Positions 14,990 through 29,900 of a DNA stretch of 64,000 nt are shown here, piece after piece. How positions within the stretch are numbered: position 1 is the first letter of the stretch; the number at the start of each line of letters is the position of its first letter. The position numbers and the translations under genes are program-made. Source of the stretch: Eledone cirrhosa (Eukaryota). Location of the stretch: positions 142,538,001-142,602,000 of the forward strand of contig OZ024743.1 of NCBI GenBank assembly GCA_964016885.1. The letters are read 5' to 3'. Below the pieces are notes generated by a model. The model did not search any database, had not been told where the DNA came from, and worked only from the letters and a program-made list of their open reading frames with translations.

Positions 14990-17530
14990 CAAGCACCAAA
15001 CACCAAGCACAAAACACCAAGCACCAAGCACCAAACACTAATCACCAAGCACCAAGCACCAAGCACCAAACACCAAACACCAAGCATCAAAGACCAAGCA
15101 CCAAGCACCAAGCACCAAGCACCAAACAATAAGCACCAATCACAAAGCACCAAACACCAAACACCAACCACCCAGCACCAAGCACCAAGCACCAAACACC
15201 AAGCACCAAACACCATACACCAAACACCAAGCACCAAGCACCAAACAGCAAGCACCAAGCACCAAACACCAAGCATCAAGCACCAAGCCCCTAGCACCAA
15301 ACACCAAGCACCAAGCATAAAACACCAAGCACCAATCACCAAGCACCAAACACCAAGCATCAAGCAGCAAGCACCAAACACCAAACACCAAGCACCAAGC
15401 ACCAAACACCAAACAACAAGCACCAAGGACCAAACATCAAACACCAAGCACCAAGCACCAAACACCTAACACCAAGCACCAAGCACCAAGCACCAAACAC
15501 CAAACAACAAGCCCCAGGCACCAAGCACCAAACACCAAACACCAAGCACGCAGCACCAAACACCAAGCACCAAGCACCAAGCACCAAACACCAATCACCA
15601 AGCACCAAGCACCAAACACCAAACACCAAGCACCAAGAACCAAACACCAAACACCAAACAGCAAGCACCAAGCACCAAACACCAAGCACCAAACACCAAA
15701 CCCCAAGCACCAATCACCAAACACTAATCACCAAGCACCAAGCACCAAACACCAAGCACCAAGCACCAAGCACCAAACACCAAACACCAAGCACCAAGAA
15801 CCAAACACCAAACACCAAACAGCAAGCACCAAGCACCAAGCACCAGGCACCAAACACCAAGCACCAAGCACCAAGCACCAAGCACCAAACACCAAGCACC
15901 AAGCACCAAACACCCAGCACCAAACACCAAACAGCAAGCACCACGCACCAAACACCAAGCCCCCAAACACAAAACCCCAAGCACCAATCACCAAACACTA
16001 ATCACCAAGCACCAAGCACCAAACACCAAGCGCCAAGCAGCAAGCACCAAACACCAAGCACCAAGCACCAAGCACCAAACACCAAGCACCAAGCACCAAA
16101 CACCAAAACCCAAGCACCAAAGACCAAGCACCAAGCACCAAGGACCAAACACCAAGCACCAAGCACCAAGCACCAAACACCAAGCACCAAGAACCAAACA
16201 CCCAGCACCAAGCACCAAGCACCAAACACCAAGCACCAAACACCAAACACCAAGCACCAAGCACCAAACACCAAGCACAAAACACCAAGCACCAAGCACC
16301 AAACACTAATCACCAAGCACCAAGCACCAAGCACCAAACACCAAACACCAAGCATCAAAGACCAAGCACCAAGCACCAAGCACCAAGCACCAAACAATAA
16401 GCACCAATCACCAAGCACCAAACACCAAACACCAACCACCCAGCACCAAGCACCAAGCACCAAACACCAAGCACCAAACACCATACACCAAACACCAAGC
16501 ACCAAGCACCAAACAGCAAGCACCAAGCACCAAACACCAAGCATCAAGCACCAAGCCCCTAGCACCAAACACCAAGCACCAAGCATAAAACACCAAGCAC
16601 CAATCACCAAGCACCAAACACCAAGCATCAAGCAGCAAGCACCAAACACCAAACACCAAGCACCAAGCACCAAACACCAAACAACAAGCACCAAGGACCA
16701 AACATCAAACACCAAGCACCAAGCACCAAACACCTAACACCAAGCACCAAGCACCAAGCACCAAACACCAAACAACAAGCCCCAGGCACCAAGCACCAAA
16801 CACCAAACACCAAGCACGCAGCACCAAACACCAAGCACCAAGCACCAAGCACCAAACACCAATCACCAAGCACCAAGCACCAAACACCAAACACCAAGCA
16901 CCAAGAACCAAACACCAAACACCAAACAGCAAGCACCAAGCACCAAACACCAAGCACCAAACACCAAACCCCAAGCACCAATCACCAAACACTAATCACC
17001 AAGCACCAAGCACCAAACACCAAGCACCAAGCACCAAGCACCAAACACCAAACACCAAGCACCAAGAACCAAACACCAAACACCAAACAGCAAGCACCAA
17101 GCACCAAGCACCAGGCACCAAACACCAAGCACCAAGCACCAAGCACCAAGCACCAAACACCAAGCACCAAGCACCAAACACCCAGCACCAAACACCAAAC
17201 AGCAAGCACCACGCACCAAACACCAAACCCCCAAACACAAAACCCCAAGCACCAATCACCAAACACTAATCACCAAGCACCAAGCACCAAACACCAAGCG
17301 CCAAGCAGCAAGCACCAAACACCAAGCACCAAGCACCAAGCACCAAACACCAAGCACCAAGCACCAAACACCAAAACCCAAGCACCAAAGACCAAGCACC
17401 AAGCACCAAGGACCAAACACCAAGCACCAAGCACCAAGCACCAAACACCAAGCACCAAGAACCAAACACCCAGCACCAAGCACCAAGCACCAAACACCAA
17501 GCACCAAACACCAAACACCAAGCACCAAGC
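14990..17530. repeat. Nested tandem duplication, 1268-bp unit
   Basis: ORF pairs at offset 1268: 15140/16408, 15360/16628, 15714/16982. Landmarks CACAAAAC at 15008/16276 and ACACCCAGC at 16198/17466. Confidence 0.92.
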
Positions 17531-20500
17531 ACCAAACAGCAAACACCAAACAGCAAACACCAAACACCAAACAGCAAACAGCAAACACCAAACACCAAGC
17601 ACCAAGCACCGAACACCAAGCACCAAACACCAAGCACCAAACACCAAGCACCAAACACCAAACACCAAGCACCAGGCACCAAGCACCAAACACCAAGCAC
17701 CAAACACCAAGCACCAAACACCAAGTCCCACGCACCAAGCACCAAACACCAAACACCAAGCACCAAGCACCAAACACGAAACACCAAGCACCAAGCCCCT
17801 AGCACCAAACACCAAGCAGCAAGCAGCAAGCACCAAACACCAAACACCAAGCACCAAGCACCAAACACCAAACACCAAGCACCAAGCACAAAATACCAAA
17901 CACCAAGCACCATGGACCAAACATCAAACACCAAGCACCAAGCACCAAACGCCTAACACCAAGCACCAAGCACCAAGCACCAAGCACCAAACACCAAGCA
18001 CCAATCACCAAACACCAAACACCAAGCACCGAACACCAAGCACCAGGCACCAAACACCAAACACCAAGCACCAAGCACCATACACAAAACACCAAGACCG
18101 AAGCACCAAACACCAAGCACCAAACTCCAAACACAAAACACCAAGCACCAAGCAGCAAGCACCAAACACCAAACACCAAGCACCAAGCACCAAACACCAA
18201 ACACCAAGCACCAAGAACCTAACATCAAACACCAATCACCAAGCACCAAACACCTAACACCAAGCACCAAGCACCAAGCACCAAACACCAAGCACCAAAC
18301 ACAAAGCACCAAGCACCAAACACCAAGCACCAAGCACCAAACACCAAGCACCAACCACCAAACACCAAACCCCAAGCACCAAACACCAAACCCCAAGCAC
18401 CAAGCACCAAACACTAATCACCAAGCACCAAGCACCAAACACCAAGCACGCAGCACCAAACACCAAGCACCAAGCACCAAGCACCAAACACCAAGCACCA
18501 AGCACCAAGCACCAGACACCAAACACCAAACACCAAGCACCAAGAACCAAACACCAAACACCAAACATCAAGCACCAAGCACCAAACACCAAGCACCAAA
18601 CAGCAAATCCCAAGCACCAATCACCAAACACTAATCACCAAGCACCAAGCACCAAACACCAAGCACCAAGCAGCAATCACCAAACACCAAGCACCAAGCA
18701 CCAAGAACCAAGCACCAAACACCAAGCACCAAGCACCAAACACCAAAACCCAAGCACCAAAGACCAAGCACCAAGCACCAAGGACTAAATACCAAGCACA
18801 AAGCACCAAGCACCAAACAACAAGCACCAAGCACCAAGCACCAGGCACCAAGCACCAAGCACCAAGCACCAAGCACCAAACCCCAAGCACCAAACACCAA
18901 ACCGCAAGCACCAAGCACCAAACACTAATCACCAAGCACCAAGCACCAAACAACAAGCACCAAGCAGCAAGCACCAGGCACCAAGCACCAATCACGAAAC
19001 ACAAAACACCAAGCACCAAGCACGAAGCAGCAAACACCAAGCATCAAACACCAAACACCAAACACCAAGCACCAAACACCAAGCACCAAACACCAAACAC
19101 CAAACACCAAGCACCAAACACCAAACATCAAGCACCAAACACCAGATACCAAGCACCAAGCACCAAGCACCAAACACCAAACACCAAGCACCAAGCGCCA
19201 AACACCAAACAACAAGCACCAGGCACCGAGCTCCAAACACCAAACACCAAGCACCAAGCACCAAACACCAAACACCAAGCAGCAATCACCAAACACCAAG
19301 CAACAAGCACCAAGAACCAAGCACCAAACACCAAGCACCAAGCACCAAACACCAAAACCCAAGCACCAAAGACCAAGCACCAAGCACCAAGGACCAAACA
19401 CCAAGCACCAAGCACCAAGCACCAAACACCAAGCACCAAGCACCAAACACCCAGCACCAAGCACCAAGCACCAAACACCAAGCACCAAGCACAAAACACC
19501 AAACACCAAACACCAAGCACCAAGCACCAAACAGCAAGCACCAAACAGCAAACAGCAAACAGCAAACACCAAACACCAAACACCAAGCACCAAGCGCCAA
19601 ACACCAAACAACAAGCACCAGGCACCGAGCTCCAAACACCAAACACCAAGCACCAAGCACCAAACACCAAACACCAAGCACGCAGCATCAAACACCAAGC
19701 ACCAAGCACCAAGCACCAAGCACCAAGCACCAAGTACCAAACACCAAACACCAAGCACCAATCACCAAACACCAAGCACCAAGCACCAAGCACGAAACAC
19801 CAGGCACCAAGCACCAAGCACCAAACTCCAAACACCAAGCACCAAACACCAGCCACCAAGCACCAAGCACCAAACACCAAACACCAAGCACTAAGCACCA
19901 AACACCAAACAACAAGCACCAGGCACCAAGCACCAAACACCAAACACCAAGCACGCAGCACCAAACACCAAGCACCAAGCACCAAGCACCAAACACCAAG
20001 CACCAAACACCAAGCACCAAGAACCAAACACCAAACACCAAACAGCAAGCACTAAGCACCAAACACCAAGCCCCAAACACCAAACCCCAAGCACCAATCA
20101 CCAAACACTAATCACCAAGCACCAAGCACCAAACACCAAGCACCAAGCAGCAAGCACCAAATACCAAGCACCAAGCACCAAGCACCAAGCACCAAACAAC
20201 AAGCACCAAGCACCAAACACCAAAACCCAAGCACCAAAGACCATGCACCAAGCACCAAGGACCAAACACCAAGCACCCATCACCAAGCACCAAACACCTA
20301 ACACCAAGAACCAAGCACCAAGCACCAAGCACCAAACACCAAACACCAAGCACCAAGCACCAAACACCAAAGACCAAGCACCAAGAACCTAACATCAAAC
20401 ACCAATCACCAAGCACCAAACACCTAACACCAAGCACCAAGCACCAAGCACCAAGCACCAAACACCAAGCACCAAACACAAAGCACCAAGCACCAAACAC

Positions 20501-21299
20501 CAAGCACCAAGCACCAAACACCTAACACCAAGCACCAAGCACCAAGCACCAAGCACCAAGCACCAAACACCAAACACCAAGCACCAAGCACCAAACACCA
20601 AACACCAAGCACCAAGAACCTAACATCAAACACCAATCACCAAGCACCAAACACCTAACACCAAGCACCAAGCACCAAGCACCAAGCACCAAACACCAAG
20701 CACCAAACACAAAGCACCAAACACTAATCACCAAGCACCAAGCACCAAACACCAAGCACGCAGCACCAAACACCAAGCACCAAGCACCAAGCACCAAGCA
20801 CCAAACACCAAGCACCAAGCACCAAGCACCAGACACCAAACACCAAACACCAAGCACCAAGAACCAAACACCAAACACCAAACAGCAAGCACCAAGCACC
20901 AAACACCAAGCACCAAACAGCAAACCCCAAGCACCAATCACCAAACACTAATCACCAAGCACCAAGCACCAAACACCAAGCACCAAGCAGCAATCACCAA
21001 ACACCAAGCACCAAGCACCAAGAACCAAGCACCAAACACCAAGCACCAAGCACCAAACACCAAAACCCAAGCACCAAAGACCAAGCACCAAGCACCAAGG
21101 ACCAAACACCAAGCACCAAGCACCAAGCACCAAACACCAAGCACCAAGCACCAAACACCCAGCACCAAGCACCAAGCACCAAACACCAAGCACCAAGCAC
21201 AAAACACCAAACACCAAACACCAAGCACCAAGCACCAAACAGCAAGCACCAAACAGCAAACAGCAAACATCAAACACCAAACACCAAACACCAAGCACC

Positions 21300-24200
21300 A
21301 AGCGCCAAACACCAAACAACAAGCACCAGGCACCGAGCTCCAAACACCAAACACCAAGCACCAAGCACCAAACACCAAACACCAAGCACGCAGCATCAAA
21401 CACCAAGCACCAAGCACCAAGCACCAAGCACCAAGCACCAAGTACCAAACACCAAACACCAAGCACCAATCACCAAACACCAAGCACCAAGCACAAAGCA
21501 CGAAACACCAGGCACCAAGCACCAAGCACCAAACTCCAAACACCAAGCACCAAACACCAGCCACCAAGCACCAAGCACCAAACACCAAACACCAAGCACT
21601 AAGCACCAAACACCAAACAACAAGCACCAGGCACCAAGCACCAAACACCAAACACCAAGCACGCAGCACCAAATACCAAGCACCAAGCACCAAGCACCAA
21701 ACACCAAGCACCAAACACCAAGCACCAAGAACCAAACACCAAACACCAAACAGCAAGCACTAAGCACCAAACACCAAGCCCCAAACACCAAACCCCAAGC
21801 ACCAATCACCAAACACTAATCACCAAGCACCAAGCACCAAACACCAAGCACCAAGCAGCAAGCACCAAACACCAAGCACCAAGCACCAAGCACCAAGCAC
21901 CAAACACCAAGCACCAAGCACCAAACACCAAAACCCAAGCACCAAAACCATGCACCAAGCACCAAGGACCAAACACCAAGCACCCATCACCAAGCACCAA
22001 ACACCTAACACCAAGCACCAAGCACCAAGCACCAAGCACCAAACACCAAACACCAAGCACCAAGCACCAAACACCAAAGACCAAGCACCAAGAACCTAAC
22101 ATCAAACACCAATCACCAAGCACCAAACACCTAACACCAAGCACCAAGCACCAAGCACCAAGCACCAAACACCAAGCACCAAACACAAAGCACCAAACAC
22201 TAATCACCAAGCACCAAGCACCAAACACCAAGCACGCAGCACCAAACACCAAGCACCAAGCACCAAGCACCAAACACCAAGCACCAAGCACCAAGCACCA
22301 GACACCAAACACCAAACACCAAGCACCAAGAACCAAACACCAAACACCAAACAGCAAGCACCAAGCACCAAACACCAAGCACCAAACAGCAAACCCCAAG
22401 CACCAATCACCAAACACTAATCACCAAGCACCAAGCACCAAACACCAAGCACCAAGCAGCAATCACCAAACACCAAGCACCAAGCACCAAGAACCAAGCA
22501 CCAAACACCAAGCACCAAGCACCAAACACCAAAACCCAAGCACCAAAGACCAAGCACCAAGGACCAAACACCAAGCACCAAGCACCAAGCACCAAACACC
22601 AAGCACCAAGCACCAAGCACCAAACACCCAGCACCAAGCACCAAGCACCAAACACCAAGCACCAAGCACAAAACACCAAACACCAAACACCAAGCACCAA
22701 GCACCAAACAGCAAGCACCAAACAGCAAACAGCAAACAGCAAACACCAAACACCAAACACCAAGCACCAAGCACCAAACACCAAGCACCAAGCACCAAAC
22801 ACCAAGCACCAAGCACCAAGCACCAAACCCCAAGCACCAAACACCAAACCGCAAGCACCAAGCACCAAACACTAATCACCAAGCACCAAGCACCAAACAA
22901 CAAGCACCAAGCACCAAGCACCAGGCACCAAGCACCAATCACCAAACACAAAACACCAAGCACCAAACACCAAACATCAAGCACCAAACACCAGATACCA
23001 AGCACCAAGCACCAAGCACCAAACACCAAACACCAAGCACCAAGCGCCAAACACCAGACAACAAGCACCAGGCACCGAGCTCCAAACGCCAAACACCAAG
23101 CACCAAGCACCAAACGCCAAACACCAAGCAGGCAGCATTAAATACCAAGCACCAAACACCAAGCACCAAGCACCAAGCACCAAACACCAAGCACCAAGCA
23201 CCAAGCACGAAACACCAGGCACCAAGCACCAAGCACCAAACTCCAAACACCAAGCACCAAACACCAGCCACCAAGCACCAAGCACCAAACACCAAACACC
23301 AAGCACTAAGCACCAAACACCAAACAACAAGCACCAGGCACCAAGCACCGAACACCAAACACCAAGCACGCAGCACCAAACACCAAGCACCAAGCACCAA
23401 GCACCAAACACCAAGCACCAAGCACCAAGCACCAAACACCAAACACCAAACACCAAGCACCAAGAACCAAACACCAAACACCAAACAGCAAGCACTAAGC
23501 ACCAAACACCAAGCCCCAAACACCAAACCCCAAGCACCAATCACCAAACACTACTCACCAAGCACCAAGCACCAAACACCAAGCACCAAGCAGCAAGCAC
23601 CAAACACCAAGCACCAAGCACCAAGCACCAAGCACCAAACACCAAGCACCAAACACCAAGCACCAAGCACCAAACACCAAAACCCAAGCACCAAAGACCA
23701 AGCACGAAGCACCAAGGACCAAACACCAAGCACCAAGCACCAAGCACCAAACACCAAGCACCAAGCACCAAACACCAAACACCAAACAGCAAACACCAAA
23801 CAGCAAACACCAAACACCAAACAGCAAACAGCAAACGCCAAACACCAAGCACCAAGCACCAAGCACCAAACACCAAGCACCAAGCACAAAGCACACAACA
23901 CCAGACACCAAGCACCAAGGACCAAACATCAAACACCAAGCACCAAGCACCAAACACCAAACACCAAGCACCAAGCACCAAGCACCAAGCACCGAACACC
24001 AAGTACCAAACACCAAGCACCAAACACCAAGCACCAAACACCAAACACCAAGCACCAGGCACCAAGCACCAAACACCAAGCACCAAACACCAAGCACCAA
24101 ACACCAAGTCCCACGCACCAAGCACCAAACACCAAACACCAAGCACCAAACACCAAGCACCAAGCGCCAAACACCAAACAACAAGCACCAGGCACCGAGC

Positions 24201-26980
24201 TCCAAACACCAAACACCAAGCACCAAGCACCAAACACCAAACACCAAGCACGCAGCATCAAACACCAAGCACCAAGCACCAAGCACCAAGCACCAAGCAC
24301 CAAGTACCAAACACCAAACACCAAGCACCAATCACCAAACACCAAGCACCAAGCACAAAGCACGAAACACCAGGCACCAAGCACCAAGCACCAAACTCCA
24401 AACACCAAGCACCAAACACCAGCCACCAAGCACCAAGCACCAAACACCAAACACCAAGCACCAGGCACCAAGCACCAAACACCAAACACCAAGCACGCAG
24501 CACCAAATACCAAGCAACAAGCACCAAGCACCAAACACCAAGCACCAAACACCAAGCACCAAGAACCAAACACCAAACACCAAACAGCAAGCACTAAGCA
24601 CCAAACACCAAGCCCCAAACACCAAACCCCAAGCACCAATCACCAAACACTAATCACCAAGCACCAAGCACCAAACACCAAGCACCATGCAGCAAGCACC
24701 AAACACCAAGCACCAAGCACCAAGCACCAAGCACCAAACACCAAGCACCAAGCACCAAACACCAAAACCCAAGCACCAAAACCATGCACCAAGCACCAAG
24801 GACCAAACACCAAGCACCCATCACCAAGCACCAAACACCTAACACCAAGCACCAAGCACCAAGCACCAAGCACCAAACACCAAACACCAAGCACCAAGCA
24901 CCAAACACCAAAGACCAAGCACCAAGAACCTAACATCAAACACCAATCACCAAGCACCAAACACCTAACACCAAGCACCAAACACAAAGCACCAAACACT
25001 AATCACCAAGCACCAAGCACCAAACACCAAGCACGCAGCACCAAACACCAAGCACCAAGCACCAAGCACCAAACACCAAGCACCAAGCACCAAGCACCAG
25101 ACACCAAACACCAAACACCAAGCACCAAGAACCAAACACCAAACACCAAACAGCAAGCACCAAGCACCAAACACCAAGCACCAAACAGCAAACCCCAAGC
25201 ACCAATCACCAAACACTAATCACCAAGCACCAAGCACCAAACACCAAGCACCAAGCAGCAATCACCAAACACCAAGCACCAAGCACCAAGAACCAAGCAC
25301 CAAACACCAAGCACCAAGCACCAAACACCAAAACCCAAGCACCAAAGACCAAGCACCAAGCACCAAGGACCAAACACCAAGCACCAAGCACCAAGCACCA
25401 AACACCAAGCACCAAGCACCAAGCACCAAACACCCAGCACCAAGCACCAAGCACCAAACACCAAGCACCAAGCACAAAACACCAAACACCAAACACCAAG
25501 CACCAAGCACCAAACAGCAAGCACCAAACAGCAAACAGCAAACAGCAAACACCAAACACCAAACACCAAACACCAAGCACCAAGCACCAAACACCAAGCA
25601 CCAAGCACCAAACACCAAGCACCAAGCACCAAGCACCAAACCCCAAGCACCAAACACCAAACCGCAAGCACCAAGCACCAAACACTAATCACCAAGCACC
25701 AAGCACCAAACAACAAGCACCAAGCACCAAGCACCAGGCACCAAGCACCAATCACCAAACACAAAACACCAAGCACCAAACACCAAACATCAAGCACCAA
25801 ACACCAGATACCAAGCACCAAGCACCAAGCGCCAAACACCAGACAACAAGCACCAGGCACCGAGCTCCAAACGCCAAACACCAAGCACCAAGCACCAAAC
25901 ACCAAACACCAAGCAGGCAGCATCAAATACCAAGCACCAAACACCAAGCACCAAGCACCAAGCACCAAGTACCAAACACCAAACACCAAGCACCAAACAC
26001 CAAACACCAAGCACCAAGCACCAAGCACGAAACACCAGGCACCAAGCACCAAGCACCAAACTCCAAACACCAAGCACCAAACACCAGCCACCAAGCACCA
26101 AGCACCAAACACCAAACACCAAGCACTAAGCACCAAACACCAAACAACAAGCACCAGGCACCAAGCACCGAACACCAAACACCAAGCACGCAGCACCAAA
26201 CACCAAGCACCAAGCACCAAGCACCAAACACCAAGCACCAAGCACCAAGCACCAAACACCAAACACCAAACACCAAGCACCAAGAACCGAACACCAAACA
26301 CCAAACAGCAAGCACTAAGCACCAAACACCAAGCCCCAAACACCAAACCCCAAGCACCAATCACCAAACACTACTCACCAAGCACCAAGCACCAAACACC
26401 AAGCACCAAGCAGCAAGCAACAAACACCAAGCACCAAGCACCAAGCACCAAGCACCAAACACCAAGCACCAAACACCAAGCACCAAGCACCAAACACCAA
26501 AACCCAAGCACCAAAGACCAAGCACGAAGCACCAAGGACCAAACACCAAGCACCAAGCACCAAGCACCAAACACCAAGCACCAAGCACCAAACACCAAAC
26601 ACCAAACAGCAAACACCAAACAGCAAACACCAAACACCAAACAGCAAACAGCAAACGCCAAACACCAAGCACCAAGCACCAAGCACCAAACACCAAGCAC
26701 CAAGCACCAAGCACACAACACCAGACACCAAGCACCAAGGACCAAACATCAAACACCAAGCACCAAGCACCAAACACCAAACACCAAGCACCAAGCACCA
26801 AGCACCAAGCACCGAACACCAAGTACCAAACACCAAGCACCAAACACCAAGCACCAAACACCAAACACCAAGCACCAGGCACCAAGCACCAAACACCAAG
26901 CACCAAACACCAAGCACCAAACACCAAGTCCCACGCACCAAGCACCAAACACCAAACACCAAGCACCAAACACCAAGCAC
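21300..26980. repeat. Tandem duplication of a ~2.8 kb block (junction ~24160)
   Basis: ORF pairs 21820/24654 (2834), 22200/24999 (2799), 23306/26126 and 23551/26371 (2820). Private markers: 6-bp unit in ACCAAAACCATGC (~21941/~24775) and CACAAAGCACGAAAC (~21492/~24354). Confidence 0.88.
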
Positions 26981-29900
26981 CAAGCACCAAGTCCCTAGCA
27001 CCAAACACCAAGCAGCAAGCAGCAAGCACCAAACACCAAACACCAAGCACCAAGCTCCAAATACCAAACACCAAGCACCAAGGACCAAACATCAAACACC
27101 AAGCACCAAGCACCAAACGCCTAACACCAAGAACCAAGCACCAAGCACCAAGCACCAAACACAAAGCACCAATCACCAAACACCAAACACCAAACACCAA
27201 ACACCAAGCACCAAGCACCAAACACCAAGCACCAAACTCCAAACACAAAACACCAAGCACCAAGCAGCAAGCACCAAACACCAAACACCAAGCACCAAGC
27301 ACCACACACCAATCACCAAGCACCAAACACCTAACACCAAGCACCAAGCACCAAGCACCAAGCACCAAACACCAAGCACCAAACACAAAGCACCAAGCAC
27401 CAAACACCAAGCACCAAGCACCAAACACCAAGCACCAAGCGCCAAGCACCAAACACCAAGCACCAAACACTAAGCACCAAACACCAAGCCCCAAGCACCA
27501 AGCACCAAACACCAAACACCAAGCACCAAGCACCAAACACCAAGCACAAAACACCAAGCACCAAGCACCAAACACTAATCACCAAGCACCAAGCACCAAG
27601 CACCAAACACCAAACACCAAGCATCAAAGACCAAGCACCAAGCACCAAGCACCAAGCACCAAACAATAAGCACCAATCACCAAGCACCAAACACCAAACA
27701 CCAACCACCCAGCACCAAGCACCAAGCACCAAACACCAAGCACCAAACACCATACACCAAACACCAAGCACCAAGCACCAAGCACCAAACAGCAAGCACC
27801 AAGCACCAAACACCAAGCATCAAGCACCAAGCCCCTAGCACCAAACACCAAGCACCAAGCATAAAACACCAAGCACCAATCACCAAGCACCAAACACCAA
27901 GCAGCAAACAGCAAGCACCAAACACCAAACACCAAGCACCAAGCACCAAACACCAAACAACAAGCACCAAGGACCAAACATCAAACACCAAGCACCAAAC
28001 ACCTAACACCAAGCACCAAGCACCAAGCACCAAACACCAAACAACAAGCCCCAGGCACCAAGCACCAAACACCAAACACCAAGCACGCAGCACCAAACAC
28101 CAAGCACCAAGCACCAAGCACCAAACACCAATCACCAAGCACCAAGCACCAAACACCAAACACCAAGCACCAAGAACCAAACACCAAACACCAAACAGCA
28201 AGCACCAACCACCAAACACCAAGCACCAAACACCAAACCCCAAGCACCAATCACCAAACACTAATCACCAAGCACCAAGCACCAAACACCAAGCACCAAG
28301 CACCAAGCACCAAACACCAAACACCAAGCACCAAGAACCAAATACCAAACACCAAACAGCAAGCACCAAGCACCAAGCACCAGGCACCAAACACCAAGCA
28401 CCAAGCACCAAGCACCAAGCACCAAACACCAAGCACCAAGCACCAAACACCCAGCACCAAACACCAAACAGCAAGCACCACGCACCAAACACCAAGCCCC
28501 CAAACACCAAACCCCAAGCACCAATCACCAAACACTAATCACCAAGCACCAAGCACTAAACACCAAGCGCCAAGCAGCAAGCACCAAACACCAAGCACCA
28601 AGCACCAAGCACCAAACACCAAGCACCAAGCACCAAACACCAAAACCCAAGCACCAAAGACCAAGCACCAAGCACCAAGGACCAAACACCAAGCACCAAG
28701 CACCAAGCACCAAACACCAAGCACCAAGCACCAAACACCCAGCACCAAGCACCAAGCACCAAACACCAAGCACCAAACACCAAACACCAAGCTCCAAGCA
28801 CCAAACAGCAAGCACCAAACACCAAACACCAAACAGCAAACACCAAACAGCAAACACCAAACACCAAACATAAAACAGCAAGCACCAAACACCAAGCACC
28901 AAGCAGCAAGCACCAAACACCAAGCACCAAGCACCAAGCACCAAGCACCAAACACCAAGCACCAAACACCAAGCACCAAGCACCAAACACCAAAACCCAA
29001 GCACCAAAGACCAAGCACGAAGCACCAAGGACCAAACACCAAGCACCAAGCACCAAGCACCAAACACCAAGCACCAAGCACCAAACACCAAACACCAAAC
29101 AGCAAACACCAAACAGCAAACACCAAACGCCAAACAGCAAACAGCAAACGCCAAACACCAAGCACCAAGCACCAAGCACCAAACACCAAGCACCAAGCAC
29201 CAAGCACACAACACCAGACACCAAGCACCAAGGACCAAACATCAAACACCAAGCACCAAGCACCAAACACCAAACACCAAGCACCAAGCACCAAGCACCA
29301 AGCACCGAACACCAAGTACCAAACACCAAGCACCAAACACCAAGCACCAAACACCAAACACCAAGCACCAGGCACCAAGCACCAAACACCAAGCACCAAA
29401 CACCAAGCACCAAACACCAAGTCCCACGCACCAAGCACCAAACACCAAACACCAAGCACCAAACACCAAGCACCAAGCACCAAGTCCCTAGCACCAAACA
29501 CCAAGCAGCAAGCAGCAAGCACCAAACACCAAACACCAAGCACCAAGGACCAAACATCAAACACCAAGCACCAAGCACCAAACGCCTAACACCAAGAACC
29601 AAGCACCAAGCACCAAGCACCAAACACAAAGCACCAATCACCAAACACCAAACACCAAACACCAAACACCAAGCACCAAGCACCAAACACCAAGCACCAA
29701 ACTCCAAACACAAAACACCAAGCACCAAGCAGCAAGCACCAAACACCAAACACCAAGCACCAAGCACCACACACCAAACACCAAGCACCAAGAACCTAAC
29801 ATCAAACACCAATCACCAAGCACCAAACACCTAACACCAAGCACCAAGCACCAAGCACCAAACACCAAGCACCAAACACAAAGCACCAAGCACCAAACAC

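Larger units (their letters stand above)
7245..20780. repeat. Tandem duplication of a ~6.2 kb higher-order block: ~7245-13430 and ~13430-20780 (second copy enlarged by a nested 1268-bp duplication)
   Basis: Identical ORF translations at offset 6182 (7565..8446 vs 13747..14628; 7295..8257 vs 13477..14439), then 6224 (9490 vs 15714), then 7464 (10335 vs 17799; 11461 vs 18925; 12960 vs 20424). Confidence 0.93.
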
